Shown here in pieces: positions 19,349-28,817 of a stretch of DNA of 64,000 nt (its first letter is position 1; every line of letters starts with the position of its first letter). The notes beneath the pieces are model-generated. The model was given only the letters and a program-made list of their open reading frames with translations, was not told the origin of the DNA and made no database searches. Source of the DNA: Candidatus Eiseniibacteriota bacterium (GTDB lineage: Bacteria; Eisenbacteria; RBG-16-71-46; JABDJR01); contig CAWANH010000029.1 of NCBI GenBank assembly GCA_963783375.1, positions 192,001 to 256,000 of the forward strand, in the 5' to 3' direction. The position numbers were made by a program, and so were the translations under genes.

Positions 19349-20200
19349 ATGATGACACGCTACATGTTTCTCCTCGCCACGTTGATCCTGGGCAGCGTCG
19401 TGCTTGGGGTGATCGCCCCCCCCGCGGCGGCCCAAACCTGCAACGTCAGCGGCGTCAAGATCGTCGCCCACATCTCGAGCACCGTGACCAAGTCCCCCTG
19501 CATCTACCCCGCGTCCGGAGTCACCGGGTTCGGGTGCTCCCCGACCCAGGCCTCCAGCCTGGTCACCTCCGGCGACCTGAACACGGAGTACCAGGTGTAC
19601 CTCATGGCGGTCGACGTCCCGGTACTCCAGGGTCTGGCCCGGATCGAGGTCGGCCTGGACTACGACGGGGTGGACAACCAGGGGGTGGACATCCTGAGCT
19701 GGACGCTCTGCGCCGATCAGGGCCAGGACCTGAACGGCTGGCCGGCCAGCGGGAGCGGCATGGAGTTCTCGTATCAGGGTTGCGCGGACACCACCGCGGA
19801 TCCCACCGATCCGGAGGGGGACGCCGGGGCGCTCCTGGGAGTGTTCAACCTGATCGCCTACTCCCCGGACCGACTTGCCGTTCACCGGCTGGACTACCGG
19901 TCCATGCCGCTCCTCAGGTACACCGATTGTACCGCCACCGAGTACTACCTCCTGGACGGCAACTTCGGGTACGCCTCGTTCTCCGCGTCGGCGAGCGCCT
20001 ACGGGTCCGACCCCTGCAGGGTCGTGGTGGACTACATTCCCGGGATCTGCTGCTATCCCGACGGGTCCTCCGGATCGGCCTACGAGTTCTGCTGCACCGC
20101 CGCGGGAGGCGTCTTCATTCCCATGGGGAGCGGTGAGACCTGCGCCACCCCGGTGGAGCGCGACACCTGGAGCCGGCTGAAGGACCGCTACCGGGACTGA
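19349..20200 (+). CDS. Secreted Cys-rich protein with C-terminal PVERDTWSRLKDRYRD motif
   Basis: AAGGAGG RBS, signal peptide, GICCYPDG..CC..GG..C module. Confidence 0.85.
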   Translation: MMTRYMFLLATLILGSVVLGVIAPPAAAQTCNVSGVKIVAHISSTVTKSPCIYPASGVTGFGCSPTQASSLVTSGDLNTEYQVYLMAVDVPVLQGLARIEVGLDYDGVDNQGVDILSWTLCADQGQDLNGWPASGSGMEFSYQGCADTTADPTDPEGDAGALLGVFNLIAYSPDRLAVHRLDYRSMPLLRYTDCTATEYYLLDGNFGYASFSASASAYGSDPCRVVVDYIPGICCYPDGSSGSAYEFCCTAAGGVFIPMGSGETCATPVERDTWSRLKDRYRD

Positions 20201-20261
20201 GCGGGGTCCGGGCTTGCGGGCGGTTTTGCGCCCGTGGTAACCTCCGCGGCCTGTTTCCGGT

Positions 20262-20337
20262 GCGACCCTAGCTCAGTTGGTAGAGCACGTGACTGAAAAT
20301 CACGGTGTCCCCAGTTCAATTCTGGGGGGTCGCACCA
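20262..20337 (+). tRNA. tRNA-Phe(GAA)
   Basis: GCGACCC/GGGTCGC acceptor stem, CGTGA-CTGAAAA-TCACG anticodon arm, TTCAA T-loop, encoded CCA. Confidence 0.96.
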
Positions 20338-20373
20338 TTTTTTTCCCCTCGCCCCGCGCGGCCCTCCCGCGCC

Positions 20374-21387
20374 TCACCGGACCTCCACCCCCTCCGGCCG
20401 GCCACTCCCGCCGGAAGCCGCCATCCGCCGCCCCAGGACAATGAGAATCGGCGCGGCCAGGAGCGGGACCAGCTCGGCGTGAACCCGCATCTCGTCCAGG
20501 ATGGCCACCGGGAAGAGGACGACGAGATAGAGGGGCACGAGCCACAGGGCCCGGCGGATGAACCGGGGTTGCCCCCGAAGCACGAAGGGAACCACCCAGG
20601 TGAGGCCGCCGAAGGCCAGGATGAGCTTGAGCCAGTCGTGAACGCCGTGACGGGTCAGGAGGAGCATCCCCCGAAGGGTCTGCAGGTTCGTGGCCAGGGC
20701 GAACTCCACCGCCGGATGCCCGCGGCCGACCGCGGCCCACAGGACGACCCGCGTTCCCAGCCAGAGGGCGAGCTGGGCAACGGCGTGGAGCGCCAGGGAC
20801 CGGTCCGGCATGCGGCCGCCCTCGGTCAGGACGAACACCATGGCCAGGAAGAGAATCGTTTCGCGGTTCAGGCACCCCGCGAGGAAGACCGCGTAGTAGA
20901 GCGCCCATCGGCGCCGCTGGAGGAGGCGCAGACCCGCGGTGAAGAAGAGGACCGAGGGGAGATCGAAGGGCTCGTAGAGGGTGGAGAGGAGACAGTAGTT
21001 CCAGAGGAGGGGCCAGAGAATCCCCAGGGTCAGGACGGACGCGGCCGAGCCCCCCACGTACTCGCCCAGAAACCCCCGGTAGGCCAGGAGGAGCAGGACG
21101 ACGGTGACCACCCCGGCCAGGGTGAAGCCCAGGGCCTGGGTCGCGGGGGATACCGCGGTCAGCGCCCGGACCAGCCAGGGGACGAGCATCCGATGGCCGA
21201 AGGGCGGCGGCACCACCTGGCGCATGAACTCGTCCGCGGTGTACGGGCTCCAGATCGTGCGCCGCTCGTAGAGGAGCACGAACAGCACCGCCGCCGCGAG
21301 GTAGACCGCGAGGCGGATCCCCGGACGGGCCAGGAGCCCGGCGGCGCGTTCCACCGGCGATCTCCGCCGGGCGGTGGAAGTGATCAT
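20374..21387 (-). CDS. Polytopic membrane protein, possibly GT-C-like glycosyltransferase
   Basis: Multiple hydrophobic helices; PPFGHRMLVPWL, YEPFDLPS and LNRETIL motifs. Confidence 0.6.
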   Translation of the reverse strand: MITSTARRRSPVERAAGLLARPGIRLAVYLAAAVLFVLLYERRTIWSPYTADEFMRQVVPPPFGHRMLVPWLVRALTAVSPATQALGFTLAGVVTVVLLLLAYRGFLGEYVGGSAASVLTLGILWPLLWNYCLLSTLYEPFDLPSVLFFTAGLRLLQRRRWALYYAVFLAGCLNRETILFLAMVFVLTEGGRMPDRSLALHAVAQLALWLGTRVVLWAAVGRGHPAVEFALATNLQTLRGMLLLTRHGVHDWLKLILAFGGLTWVVPFVLRGQPRFIRRALWLVPLYLVVLFPVAILDEMRVHAELVPLLAAPILIVLGRRMAASGGSGRPEGVEVR

Positions 21388-21596
21388 GGTTCGGTTTCCC
21401 CCGCTCCGGACCGGGCGGTTTCCGCCGGCCCGGGCGGCCGGCGCGGCTCGGGGGAGGATACCGGTCCCCGGGGGCCAGGGGTAGGGCCGGGGCGGGCCGG
21501 TCGCGCTTGCCTTTTCTCCGCGCGGTTGGGTAAGCTATTCGCCCTTTGTGACCGCGTTCCTGGACCGGCGAAACGCGGAATGGAATCGTGATTCGG

Positions 21597-21672
21597 GCTG
21601 GTGTAGCTCAGCCGGTAGAGCAACGCACTCGTAATGCGTAGGTCAGCGGTTCGATTCCGCTCACCAGCTCCA
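21597..21672 (+). tRNA. tRNA-Thr(CGT)
   Basis: GCTGGTG/CACCAGC acceptor, ACGCA-CTCGTAA-TGCGT, TTCGA, CCA. Confidence 0.96.
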
Positions 21673-21781
21673 GCTTTCCCATTCCCCGGCCCAGGGGGAC
21701 GCCCGGCCGCCGGCCCCGGGAACCCTTCCCGCCCCGGTTTCTACCGGACGGCCGCCCCGGCCGGCGAGGAGGGAGGACCCC

Positions 21782-23134
21782 TTGGCGTCCCAATCCAAGC
21801 TCATGACCGGGGTTTCCGGCGTTCGTGGTGTGGTGGGGGAGTCCCTGACCGCCGAGATCCTCCTCCGCTACGCCGCCGCCTTCGCCGCCACCCTGGGACC
21901 CGGCCCGGTGGTCTTCGGCCGGGATTCCCGCCCCTCCGGGCCCGCGCTCCGGCACGCGGTCCTGGCCGGGCTCCTGGGCGCCGGCCGAAACGTCCTGGAG
22001 CTGGGGATCGTCCCCACCCCCACCGTCCAGCTGGAGGTCGAGCGCCACCACGCCGCGGGGGGGATCGCCCTCACCGCGAGCCACAACCCGGTGGAGTGGA
22101 ACGCGCTCAAGTTCGTGGGGCCCTCGGGACGGTTCCTGGGGCCGAAGGAGGCCGCCGCCTTCCTGGCCTCGGTGGACCGACCGCTGCCCGCGGTGCGGTG
22201 GGACGCCCTGGGGACGCGCACCGACGTTCCCGACGCCGTCCGCCATCACGTGGATCTGATCCTCGAGCTTCCGGAGGTGGACGCGGAGCGGGTGGCCAAG
22301 GCCCGGCCCCGGGTGGTGCTGGACGCGGTCCACGGCGCCGGGGGGGCGGCCGGCCGCATGCTCCTGGAGCGCCTGGGGTGCGACGTCACCGTGCTCTTCG
22401 AGGAGCCCACCGGCCTCTTTCCGAGGCCGCCGGAGCCCCTGGCCGAGAACCTCACCGCGCTGGCCGCGGAGGTGAAGCGCCGGGGGGCGGACCTCGGCCT
22501 GGCCTTCGATCCCGACGTGGACCGGCTCTCCCTGGTGGACGAGCACGGCACCGCGGTGGGGGAGGAGTGCACCCTGGCCCTGGCCGCCGACCACGTCCTT
22601 TCGGTCCGCCCCGGCCCGGTGGTCACCAATCTCTCCACCAGCGCCCGGCTGGAGGCGGTGGCCGCCCGCCACGGGCAGACGGTGACCCGCACTCCGGTGG
22701 GGGAGGCCAACGTGGTGGAGGGGATCCTGGCGCGGGACGCCCGGATCGGAGGTGAGGGGAACGGGGGGGTCATCCTTCCCGCCCTCCACCTGGGGCGGGA
22801 CGCCCCCGTGGGCGCGGCGCTGATCCTGACCGGGCTGGTCACCCGGGGCACCACCCTCTCCCGCTGGGTGGGCGCCCTGCCGGAGCTTCACATGGTGAAG
22901 GCACGCATCGACCTGACCCGGGAACCGGACTGGGAGGCCGCCGAGGCCGCGGTCCGGGCCCTCCTCCCCGGCGCCGGGGCGGACCGGCGCGACGGTTTGC
23001 GGCTCTCCGAGGGCCCGGAGTGGGTACACTTGAGGAAATCGGGCACGGAGCCGATCATCAGGGTTATCGCCGAGGCCGCCACCCCGGGCCGGGCTGGGGA
23101 GCTGGTCCAGGCGGCGAAGAACGCATTGAGCTGA
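21782..23134 (+). CDS. glmM: Phosphoglucosamine mutase (alpha-D-phosphohexomutase family)
   Basis: GRDSR, TASHNP, DPDVDR, GGEGNGG, RKSGTEP; directly upstream of glmS. Confidence 0.88.
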   Translation: MASQSKLMTGVSGVRGVVGESLTAEILLRYAAAFAATLGPGPVVFGRDSRPSGPALRHAVLAGLLGAGRNVLELGIVPTPTVQLEVERHHAAGGIALTASHNPVEWNALKFVGPSGRFLGPKEAAAFLASVDRPLPAVRWDALGTRTDVPDAVRHHVDLILELPEVDAERVAKARPRVVLDAVHGAGGAAGRMLLERLGCDVTVLFEEPTGLFPRPPEPLAENLTALAAEVKRRGADLGLAFDPDVDRLSLVDEHGTAVGEECTLALAADHVLSVRPGPVVTNLSTSARLEAVAARHGQTVTRTPVGEANVVEGILARDARIGGEGNGGVILPALHLGRDAPVGAALILTGLVTRGTTLSRWVGALPELHMVKARIDLTREPDWEAAEAAVRALLPGAGADRRDGLRLSEGPEWVHLRKSGTEPIIRVIAEAATPGRAGELVQAAKNALS

Positions 23135-23231
23135 TACGAATCCGTTCGGGGGAAGCCCCGGATCGGTTTCGCGCGCTGGACGGGGCCCGACGGATGTCCG
23201 GCCGGGGTCCAGCCCGGGCAAGGAGGCGACC

Positions 23232-25058
23232 ATGTGCGGCATCGTGGGCTACGTCGGTGGGCGGGAGTGCCAAACCATCCTCATGGATGGCCTCAAGCGC
23301 CTGGAGTATCGGGGCTATGACTCGGCCGGGGTGGCGATCATCAACGGGACCGGCGTCCAGGTGCAGAAGCAGTCGGGAAAGATCTCCGGGCTGGAGACCC
23401 TGCTCCGGGACCATCCGATTTCCGGGACCACCGGGATCGCGCACACCCGATGGGCCACTCACGGCGAGCCCAACACCCTGAACGCCCATCCCCATGTGGA
23501 CGGAAGCGGGGAGATCGCCCTCGCCCACAACGGCATCATCGAGAACTACCGGACCTTGAAGAGCAAGCTTCAGTCGGAGGGACACACCTTCCACACCGAC
23601 ACCGACACCGAGGTCCTCGCCCACCTCATCCAGAAGTACTACACCGGCAGCCTGGAAGAGGCGGTGGCCAAGGCGCTGGCATTGGTGGAGGGGACCTACG
23701 GGATCGCCGTCCTCTCCAGCCGCGAGCCCCGGAAGGTGGTGGGAGCCCGCCACGGAAGCCCCCTGGTGGTGGGGGTGGGGGACGGGGAGTACTGGGTGGC
23801 CAGCGATGTTTCGGCCATCCTCCGTTACACCAAGAACGTGGTGTACCTCGACGACGGCGAGATGGTGGTCATCACCCCCGAGTCCTTTCAGACCACGACC
23901 ATCGACGGCCGCCACATGGACAAGCAGGTCCAGGAGGTGGAGTGGGAGCTGGAGCAGATCGAGAAGGGCGGCTTCGATCACTTCATGCTCAAGGAGATCT
24001 TCGAGCAGCCGCAATCGGTGCAGAACGCATTCCGGGGACGTCTCATGATGGAGGAGGGGACGGGCCGTCTGGCCGGGCTCAACATGGAGAAGAACGCGCT
24101 CCGGTTGGTGGACCGCATCATCATCCTGGGCTGCGGCACCTCCTGGCACTCGGGCCTGATCGGCGAATACATGCTCGAGGAGTACGGCGGCATTCCGGTG
24201 GAGGTGGAGTACGCCTCGGAATTCCGCTACCGGAATCCCATCGTCAAGGCCGGCACGATCTGCCTGGCCATCAGTCAGTCCGGGGAAACCGCGGACACCC
24301 TGGCCGCGATGCGGGAGGCCCGCCGGCGGGGGGCCCCGGTCCTGGGGGTGGTGAACGTGGTGGGAAGCACCATCGCCCGGGAATCCGACGGCGGGGTCTA
24401 CGTCCACGCCGGACCCGAGATCGGGGTGGCATCGACCAAGGCCTTCACCAGCCAGGTGGCGGCGCTGGCCGTGCTCACGTTGAGCCTGGCCCGGCTCCGG
24501 GGCATGAACGAGGAGGACGGCCGCCGGATCGTTCGCGCCCTCATCGAGATTCCCCAGAAGATGGAGCGCATTCTCGAGAACAACGAACCGATCCGCGAGA
24601 TCGCCAAGGCCTACGCCCACCACAACAACTTCCTCTACCTGGGCCGGGGATCCAACTTCCCGGTGGCCCTTGAAGGGGCGCTCAAGCTCAAGGAGATCTC
24701 CTACATTCACGCCGAGGGCTACCCGGCGGCGGAGATGAAGCACGGACCCATCGCGCTGATCGACGACAACATGCCGGTGGTTTTCATCTGCCTCCAGGAT
24801 TCCGCCTACGACAAGGTGCTCTCCAACATGGAAGAGGTGCGGGCTCGGCGGGGCAAGATCATCGCGGTGGCCAGCGAGGGGGATACCCTGGTCCGGGAGA
24901 AGGCCGATCACGTGATCTACATCCCCCACACCGAGGAGATGCTCTCCCCGCTTCTGAGCGTGATCCCCCTCCAGCTTCTGGCGTATCATGTGGCCGTCCT
25001 GCGCGGCTGCGACGTGGATCAGCCCCGCAACCTGGCCAAGAGCGTGACCGTGGAGTGA
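23232..25058 (+). CDS. glmS: Glutamine-fructose-6-phosphate aminotransferase
   Basis: MCGIVG, LEYRGYDSAG, HTRWATHG, SQSGETADT, PRNLAKSVTVE. Confidence 0.98.
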   Translation: MCGIVGYVGGRECQTILMDGLKRLEYRGYDSAGVAIINGTGVQVQKQSGKISGLETLLRDHPISGTTGIAHTRWATHGEPNTLNAHPHVDGSGEIALAHNGIIENYRTLKSKLQSEGHTFHTDTDTEVLAHLIQKYYTGSLEEAVAKALALVEGTYGIAVLSSREPRKVVGARHGSPLVVGVGDGEYWVASDVSAILRYTKNVVYLDDGEMVVITPESFQTTTIDGRHMDKQVQEVEWELEQIEKGGFDHFMLKEIFEQPQSVQNAFRGRLMMEEGTGRLAGLNMEKNALRLVDRIIILGCGTSWHSGLIGEYMLEEYGGIPVEVEYASEFRYRNPIVKAGTICLAISQSGETADTLAAMREARRRGAPVLGVVNVVGSTIARESDGGVYVHAGPEIGVASTKAFTSQVAALAVLTLSLARLRGMNEEDGRRIVRALIEIPQKMERILENNEPIREIAKAYAHHNNFLYLGRGSNFPVALEGALKLKEISYIHAEGYPAAEMKHGPIALIDDNMPVVFICLQDSAYDKVLSNMEEVRARRGKIIAVASEGDTLVREKADHVIYIPHTEEMLSPLLSVIPLQLLAYHVAVLRGCDVDQPRNLAKSVTVE

Positions 25059-25062
25059 GCCG

Positions 25063-25437
25063 ATGAACCTAGTACAAACCGACGCCGCCCCCGAGGCGGT
25101 GGGTCCCTACAGTCAGGCGGTACGGGCGAACGGGTTCCTGTTCACCGCGGGGCAGGTGGGCCTCGATCCGGCCACCGGGAAACTGGTGGCGGGAGGGGTG
25201 GCCGCCGAGACCCGGCGGGTGCTGGCCAACCTGGCCGCGGTACTCCTGGCCGGAGGGTCAGGCCTGGACCGGGTGGTGAAGACCACGGTGTTCCTGGCCG
25301 ATCTGGCGGATTTCAAGATCGTGAACGAGGTCTACGCCGAGATGTTCGGCGGGCACCGGCCCGCCCGCTCCACCGTCCAGGTCGCGGCCCTTCCCCTCGG
25401 GGCCCAGGTGGAGATCGAAGCTGTCGCCCTGGTCTGA
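25063..25437 (+). CDS. ridA: RidA/YjgF enamine deaminase
   Basis: APEAVGPYSQA, VVKTTVFL, PARSTVQVAALP, VEIE. Confidence 0.92.
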   Translation: MNLVQTDAAPEAVGPYSQAVRANGFLFTAGQVGLDPATGKLVAGGVAAETRRVLANLAAVLLAGGSGLDRVVKTTVFLADLADFKIVNEVYAEMFGGHRPARSTVQVAALPLGAQVEIEAVALV

Positions 25438-25529
25438 CCGCCAGCCGGACGGGTGGCCGGCGGACGCGGGCGATCTCACGGTCGTGGACAGGCCCGGGGC
25501 TTCCCCTCTACACTCTTCCGCTCGTTCGA

Positions 25530-25627
25530 GGAGACGAATGGGTCCTGGTGGGCCCCGAGGACTTCAAATCCTTCAGTCGGGCGCTGATACCGTCCGGGGT
25601 GGGTTCGATTCCCACGCGTCTCCGCCA
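25530..25627 (+). tRNA. selC: tRNA-Sec(TCA)
   Basis: GGAGACG/CGTCTCC-G-CCA, 6-bp D-stem with 4-nt loop, GAGGA-CTTCAAA-TCCTT, long variable arm, GTGGG-TTCGATT-CCCAC. Confidence 0.93.
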
Positions 25628-25645
25628 GCCTGTTTCCGGGTCCTG

Positions 25646-26320
25646 GTGACGATAGGGCTCCTCCTCGCCTTGGGGGGATGGGGGACGGCCCGGGCCGAGG
25701 ACCCGGAAGGGACCCCGGCCGACACCGTGGCCGGAGCCTGGATGGGGATCGCTCCCGCCGATTCGGCGGCGTTCGGAAATCCTCCGGCCCCCGCGGACAC
25801 CGCGGCGGGGGAGGAAGCTTTCCCGCCGCCGGCCCGTATCAGGATGGGAGCAAAGGCCGCGGCCCCCCTCCGCCGGGGGCCCACGCCGGGAGGGTCGGCG
25901 CTGCGCTCCTTCGTTCTTCCCGGGTGGGGCCAGGCCGCGAATCACAAGTGGATCAAGACGGTGGGGTTCCTGGGGGCCTACGCCGGCTTCTGGGCCTGGT
26001 CCATCTCGCTCCACCAGGAGCGGATGGACGCGGTGGGAAGCCTGAACGTGGCTGGGACGGACAGCGCCCGGACTTACTGGACGGCGGAGATCGACCGAGC
26101 CACCAGCGCCAGGAACGGCAAGTACTGGATGGCGGGACTGACCCTGCTGCTCTCGGTGGCCGACGCCTACGTGGACGCGGCCCTGACCAACTTCGACAAG
26201 CGCATGGACGCCGACGTCGGCTTCGTCCCCTCCGGAGAGGATCCCGCCCTGGGAGTCCGGCTCTCGGTGGCCTGGGACGGGCCCGCGGTGAACCGGCAGA
26301 GAAGAGAACCGACCCGATGA
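25646..26320 (+). CDS. DUF5683-like membrane/secreted protein
   Basis: ALRSFVLPGWGQAAN, SVADAYVDAAL; start moved downstream of tRNA-Sec. Confidence 0.75.
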   Translation: MTIGLLLALGGWGTARAEDPEGTPADTVAGAWMGIAPADSAAFGNPPAPADTAAGEEAFPPPARIRMGAKAAAPLRRGPTPGGSALRSFVLPGWGQAANHKWIKTVGFLGAYAGFWAWSISLHQERMDAVGSLNVAGTDSARTYWTAEIDRATSARNGKYWMAGLTLLLSVADAYVDAALTNFDKRMDADVGFVPSGEDPALGVRLSVAWDGPAVNRQRREPTR

Positions 26321-28113
26321 GGGAGAACGTCCGCAACTTCTGCATCATCGCCCACGTGGACCACGGGAAATCCACCCTGGCCGATCGCCTGCTGGAGCTG
26401 ACCGGCACCCTCACCGCCTACCAGATGAAGGACCAGGTTCTCGACAGCATGGATCTGGAGCGGGAGAAGGGGATCACCATCAAGTCCCACCCGATCACCA
26501 TGGACTATCGGGCGGACGACGGGGTCTCGTACCGGTTGAACCTGATAGACACCCCCGGCCACGTCGATTTCTCCTACGAGGTGTCCCGGAGCCTGGCCGC
26601 CTGCGAGGGCGCGGTCCTGGTGGTGGACGCCGCCCAGGGAATCCAGGCCCAGACCCTGTCCAACCTCATCCTGGCCCGCGAGGCCGGGCTCACCATCATC
26701 CCGGTGCTGAACAAGATCGATCTCCCCGGGGCCCGGCCCGACGCGATCGCCGAGGAGCTGGCGCTCCTCACCGACCGGAATCCAGAGGACATCCTCCGCA
26801 TCTCGGCCAAGACCGGGGAGGGGGCGAAGGCGGTGCTGGCGCGGGTGATCCGCGAGATTCCGCCGCCGTCGCCCGGGGGCGAGAAGACCCGGGCCCTCAT
26901 CTTCGACTCCGTGTTCGACCAGTTCCGGGGGGTGGTGGCCTACGTGCGGGTGGTGGACGGGGAACTCGCGGTGGGCCGGCAGGTGAAGTTCTTCGCCAAC
27001 CAGAGCGAGGTGTACGACGTCCTGGAGGTGGGGATCTTCCGGCTGGACATGATCAAGAAGGACCGCCTCCAGGCCGGCGACGTGGGCTACCTGATCGCCG
27101 GGGTCAGGCAACTGGGCGACGCCAAGGTCGGGGACACGGTGATGGATTTCCGGGATCCCGCCCCCGAGCGGCTTCCGGGTTACAAGCCGATGAAACCGAT
27201 GGTGTTCAGCGGACTCTACCCGGTGGATACCGACGACTACGCCGCCCTCAAGGCCGCGCTGGAGAAGCTCTCCCTGAACGATGCCGCCCTCTCCTTCGAA
27301 CCGGAGAACTCGGAGGCCCTCGGCTTCGGATTCCGCTGCGGCTTCCTGGGCCCCCTCCACCTGGAAATCGTCCAGGAGCGGCTGGAGCGGGAGTACGGGC
27401 TTCACCTCATCGCCACCGTCCCCAACGTGCGCTACCAGGTGCTGCTCACCGACGGCGAGGTGATCATGGTGGAGAACCCGGCCCGGATGCCGGAGCCGGG
27501 GGAGCGGGAGCTGGTGGAGGAGCCCTTCGTCAAGGTGACCGTCCTCGTTCCCGCCGAGTTCGTGGGCAACATCATGAAGCTGGCCCAGGAGCGGCGAGGG
27601 GTCTACCGGGAGATGCACTACCTGGACACCGAGCGGGTCCGCCTGGACTACGAGCTACCCCTGAACGAAATCGTGCTGGATTTTTATGATAGGTTGAAGT
27701 CTTTGTCCAAGGGATACGCCACCCTGGACTACGAGTACATCGGTTACCGGGAATCCGACATCGTCAAGTTGGATATCCTGCTGAACGATCTCCCGGTGGA
27801 CGCGCTCTCGGTTCTGGTGCATCGTGACAAGGCGTTCGAGTGGGGACGGGGCGTGGCCTCGAAGCTCAAGGAGCTGATCCCCCGGCAGATGTTCCAGGTG
27901 GCCATCCAGGCCGCGGTGGGAAGCCGGGTGATCGCCCGCGAGACGGTGGGGGCCATCCGGAAGAACGTCACCGCCAAGTGCTACGGCGGCGACATCACTC
28001 GAAAGCGGAAACTCCTCGAGAAGCAGAAGGAAGGAAAGAAGCGCATGAAGCAGGTCGGGAACGTGAACATTCCCAAGGACGCCTTCCTCGCCGTCCTCAA
28101 GGTGGAACGCTGA
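26317..28113 (+). CDS. lepA: Elongation factor 4
   Basis: RNFCIIAHVDHGKSTLADR, DTPGHVDF, GFRCGFLG, KCYGGDITRKRKLLEKQKEGKKRMK. Confidence 0.98.
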   Translation: MRENVRNFCIIAHVDHGKSTLADRLLELTGTLTAYQMKDQVLDSMDLEREKGITIKSHPITMDYRADDGVSYRLNLIDTPGHVDFSYEVSRSLAACEGAVLVVDAAQGIQAQTLSNLILAREAGLTIIPVLNKIDLPGARPDAIAEELALLTDRNPEDILRISAKTGEGAKAVLARVIREIPPPSPGGEKTRALIFDSVFDQFRGVVAYVRVVDGELAVGRQVKFFANQSEVYDVLEVGIFRLDMIKKDRLQAGDVGYLIAGVRQLGDAKVGDTVMDFRDPAPERLPGYKPMKPMVFSGLYPVDTDDYAALKAALEKLSLNDAALSFEPENSEALGFGFRCGFLGPLHLEIVQERLEREYGLHLIATVPNVRYQVLLTDGEVIMVENPARMPEPGERELVEEPFVKVTVLVPAEFVGNIMKLAQERRGVYREMHYLDTERVRLDYELPLNEIVLDFYDRLKSLSKGYATLDYEYIGYRESDIVKLDILLNDLPVDALSVLVHRDKAFEWGRGVASKLKELIPRQMFQVAIQAAVGSRVIARETVGAIRKNVTAKCYGGDITRKRKLLEKQKEGKKRMKQVGNVNIPKDAFLAVLKVER

Positions 28114-28817
28114 TGTCGGGGGGGACCCGCGCCGGAGAGGCTCTCGGCGGCAAGGAAGAGAAGCGGGGCCGGACCAAGGTCCAGAGGAAGTCGACCGTCC
28201 GCGAGTACGCGGAGGCCATCGTCATCGCGGTGATCCTCACGCTGTTCATCCGAACCTTCGTCATCCAGGCCTTCCGCATCCCCACCGGTTCCATGGAGGA
28301 CACCCTCCTGATCGGGGACTTCCTCTTCGTGAACAAGTTCCTCTACGGAGCCCATGTCCCGTTCACCGACGCGGTCCTTCCCGCGGTGCGCGATCCGAAG
28401 CGGGGGGACGTGATGGTGTTCAAGTTCCCCAAGGACCCGACCCGCGACTTCATCAAGAGGTTGATCGCGGCGCCCGGCGATACCCTGCAGATCATCGACA
28501 AGACGGTCTACCTGAACGGGGAGCCCCAGGACGAGCCGTACGCCCTCTTCTCCAACGCGCGCGTCCGCCCCAGCACCTACAAGAACCCCCAGATCTATCC
28601 CCCCGGCGCGGGGAATCGCGACAACTACGGCCCGATCGTGATTCCTCCCGGGCACTACTTCATGATGGGGGACAACCGGGACAACTCCGACGACAGCCGG
28701 TTCTGGGGATTCCTGAGCCGGGACCTGATCAAGGGGAAGGCCGAGTTCATCTACTGGTCATGGAACAAGGAAAAGACGCGGCCCCGGCTCGGCCGGATCG
28801 GTCGGATCATCCGCTGA
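28113..28817 (+). CDS. lepB: Signal peptidase I
   Basis: IPTGSMEDTL, FIKR, MMGDNRDNSDDSRFWG. Confidence 0.96.
   Translation: MSGGTRAGEALGGKEEKRGRTKVQRKSTVREYAEAIVIAVILTLFIRTFVIQAFRIPTGSMEDTLLIGDFLFVNKFLYGAHVPFTDAVLPAVRDPKRGDVMVFKFPKDPTRDFIKRLIAAPGDTLQIIDKTVYLNGEPQDEPYALFSNARVRPSTYKNPQIYPPGAGNRDNYGPIVIPPGHYFMMGDNRDNSDDSRFWGFLSRDLIKGKAEFIYWSWNKEKTRPRLGRIGRIIR

Noticed and set aside
23135-23231. glmS ribozyme upstream of glmS
   Set aside because: The gap is under 100 nt and lacks the conserved AGCGCC..GACGAGG core
25484-25645. N-terminal extension of the DUF5683-like ORF
   Set aside because: It overlaps tRNA-Sec and its promoter
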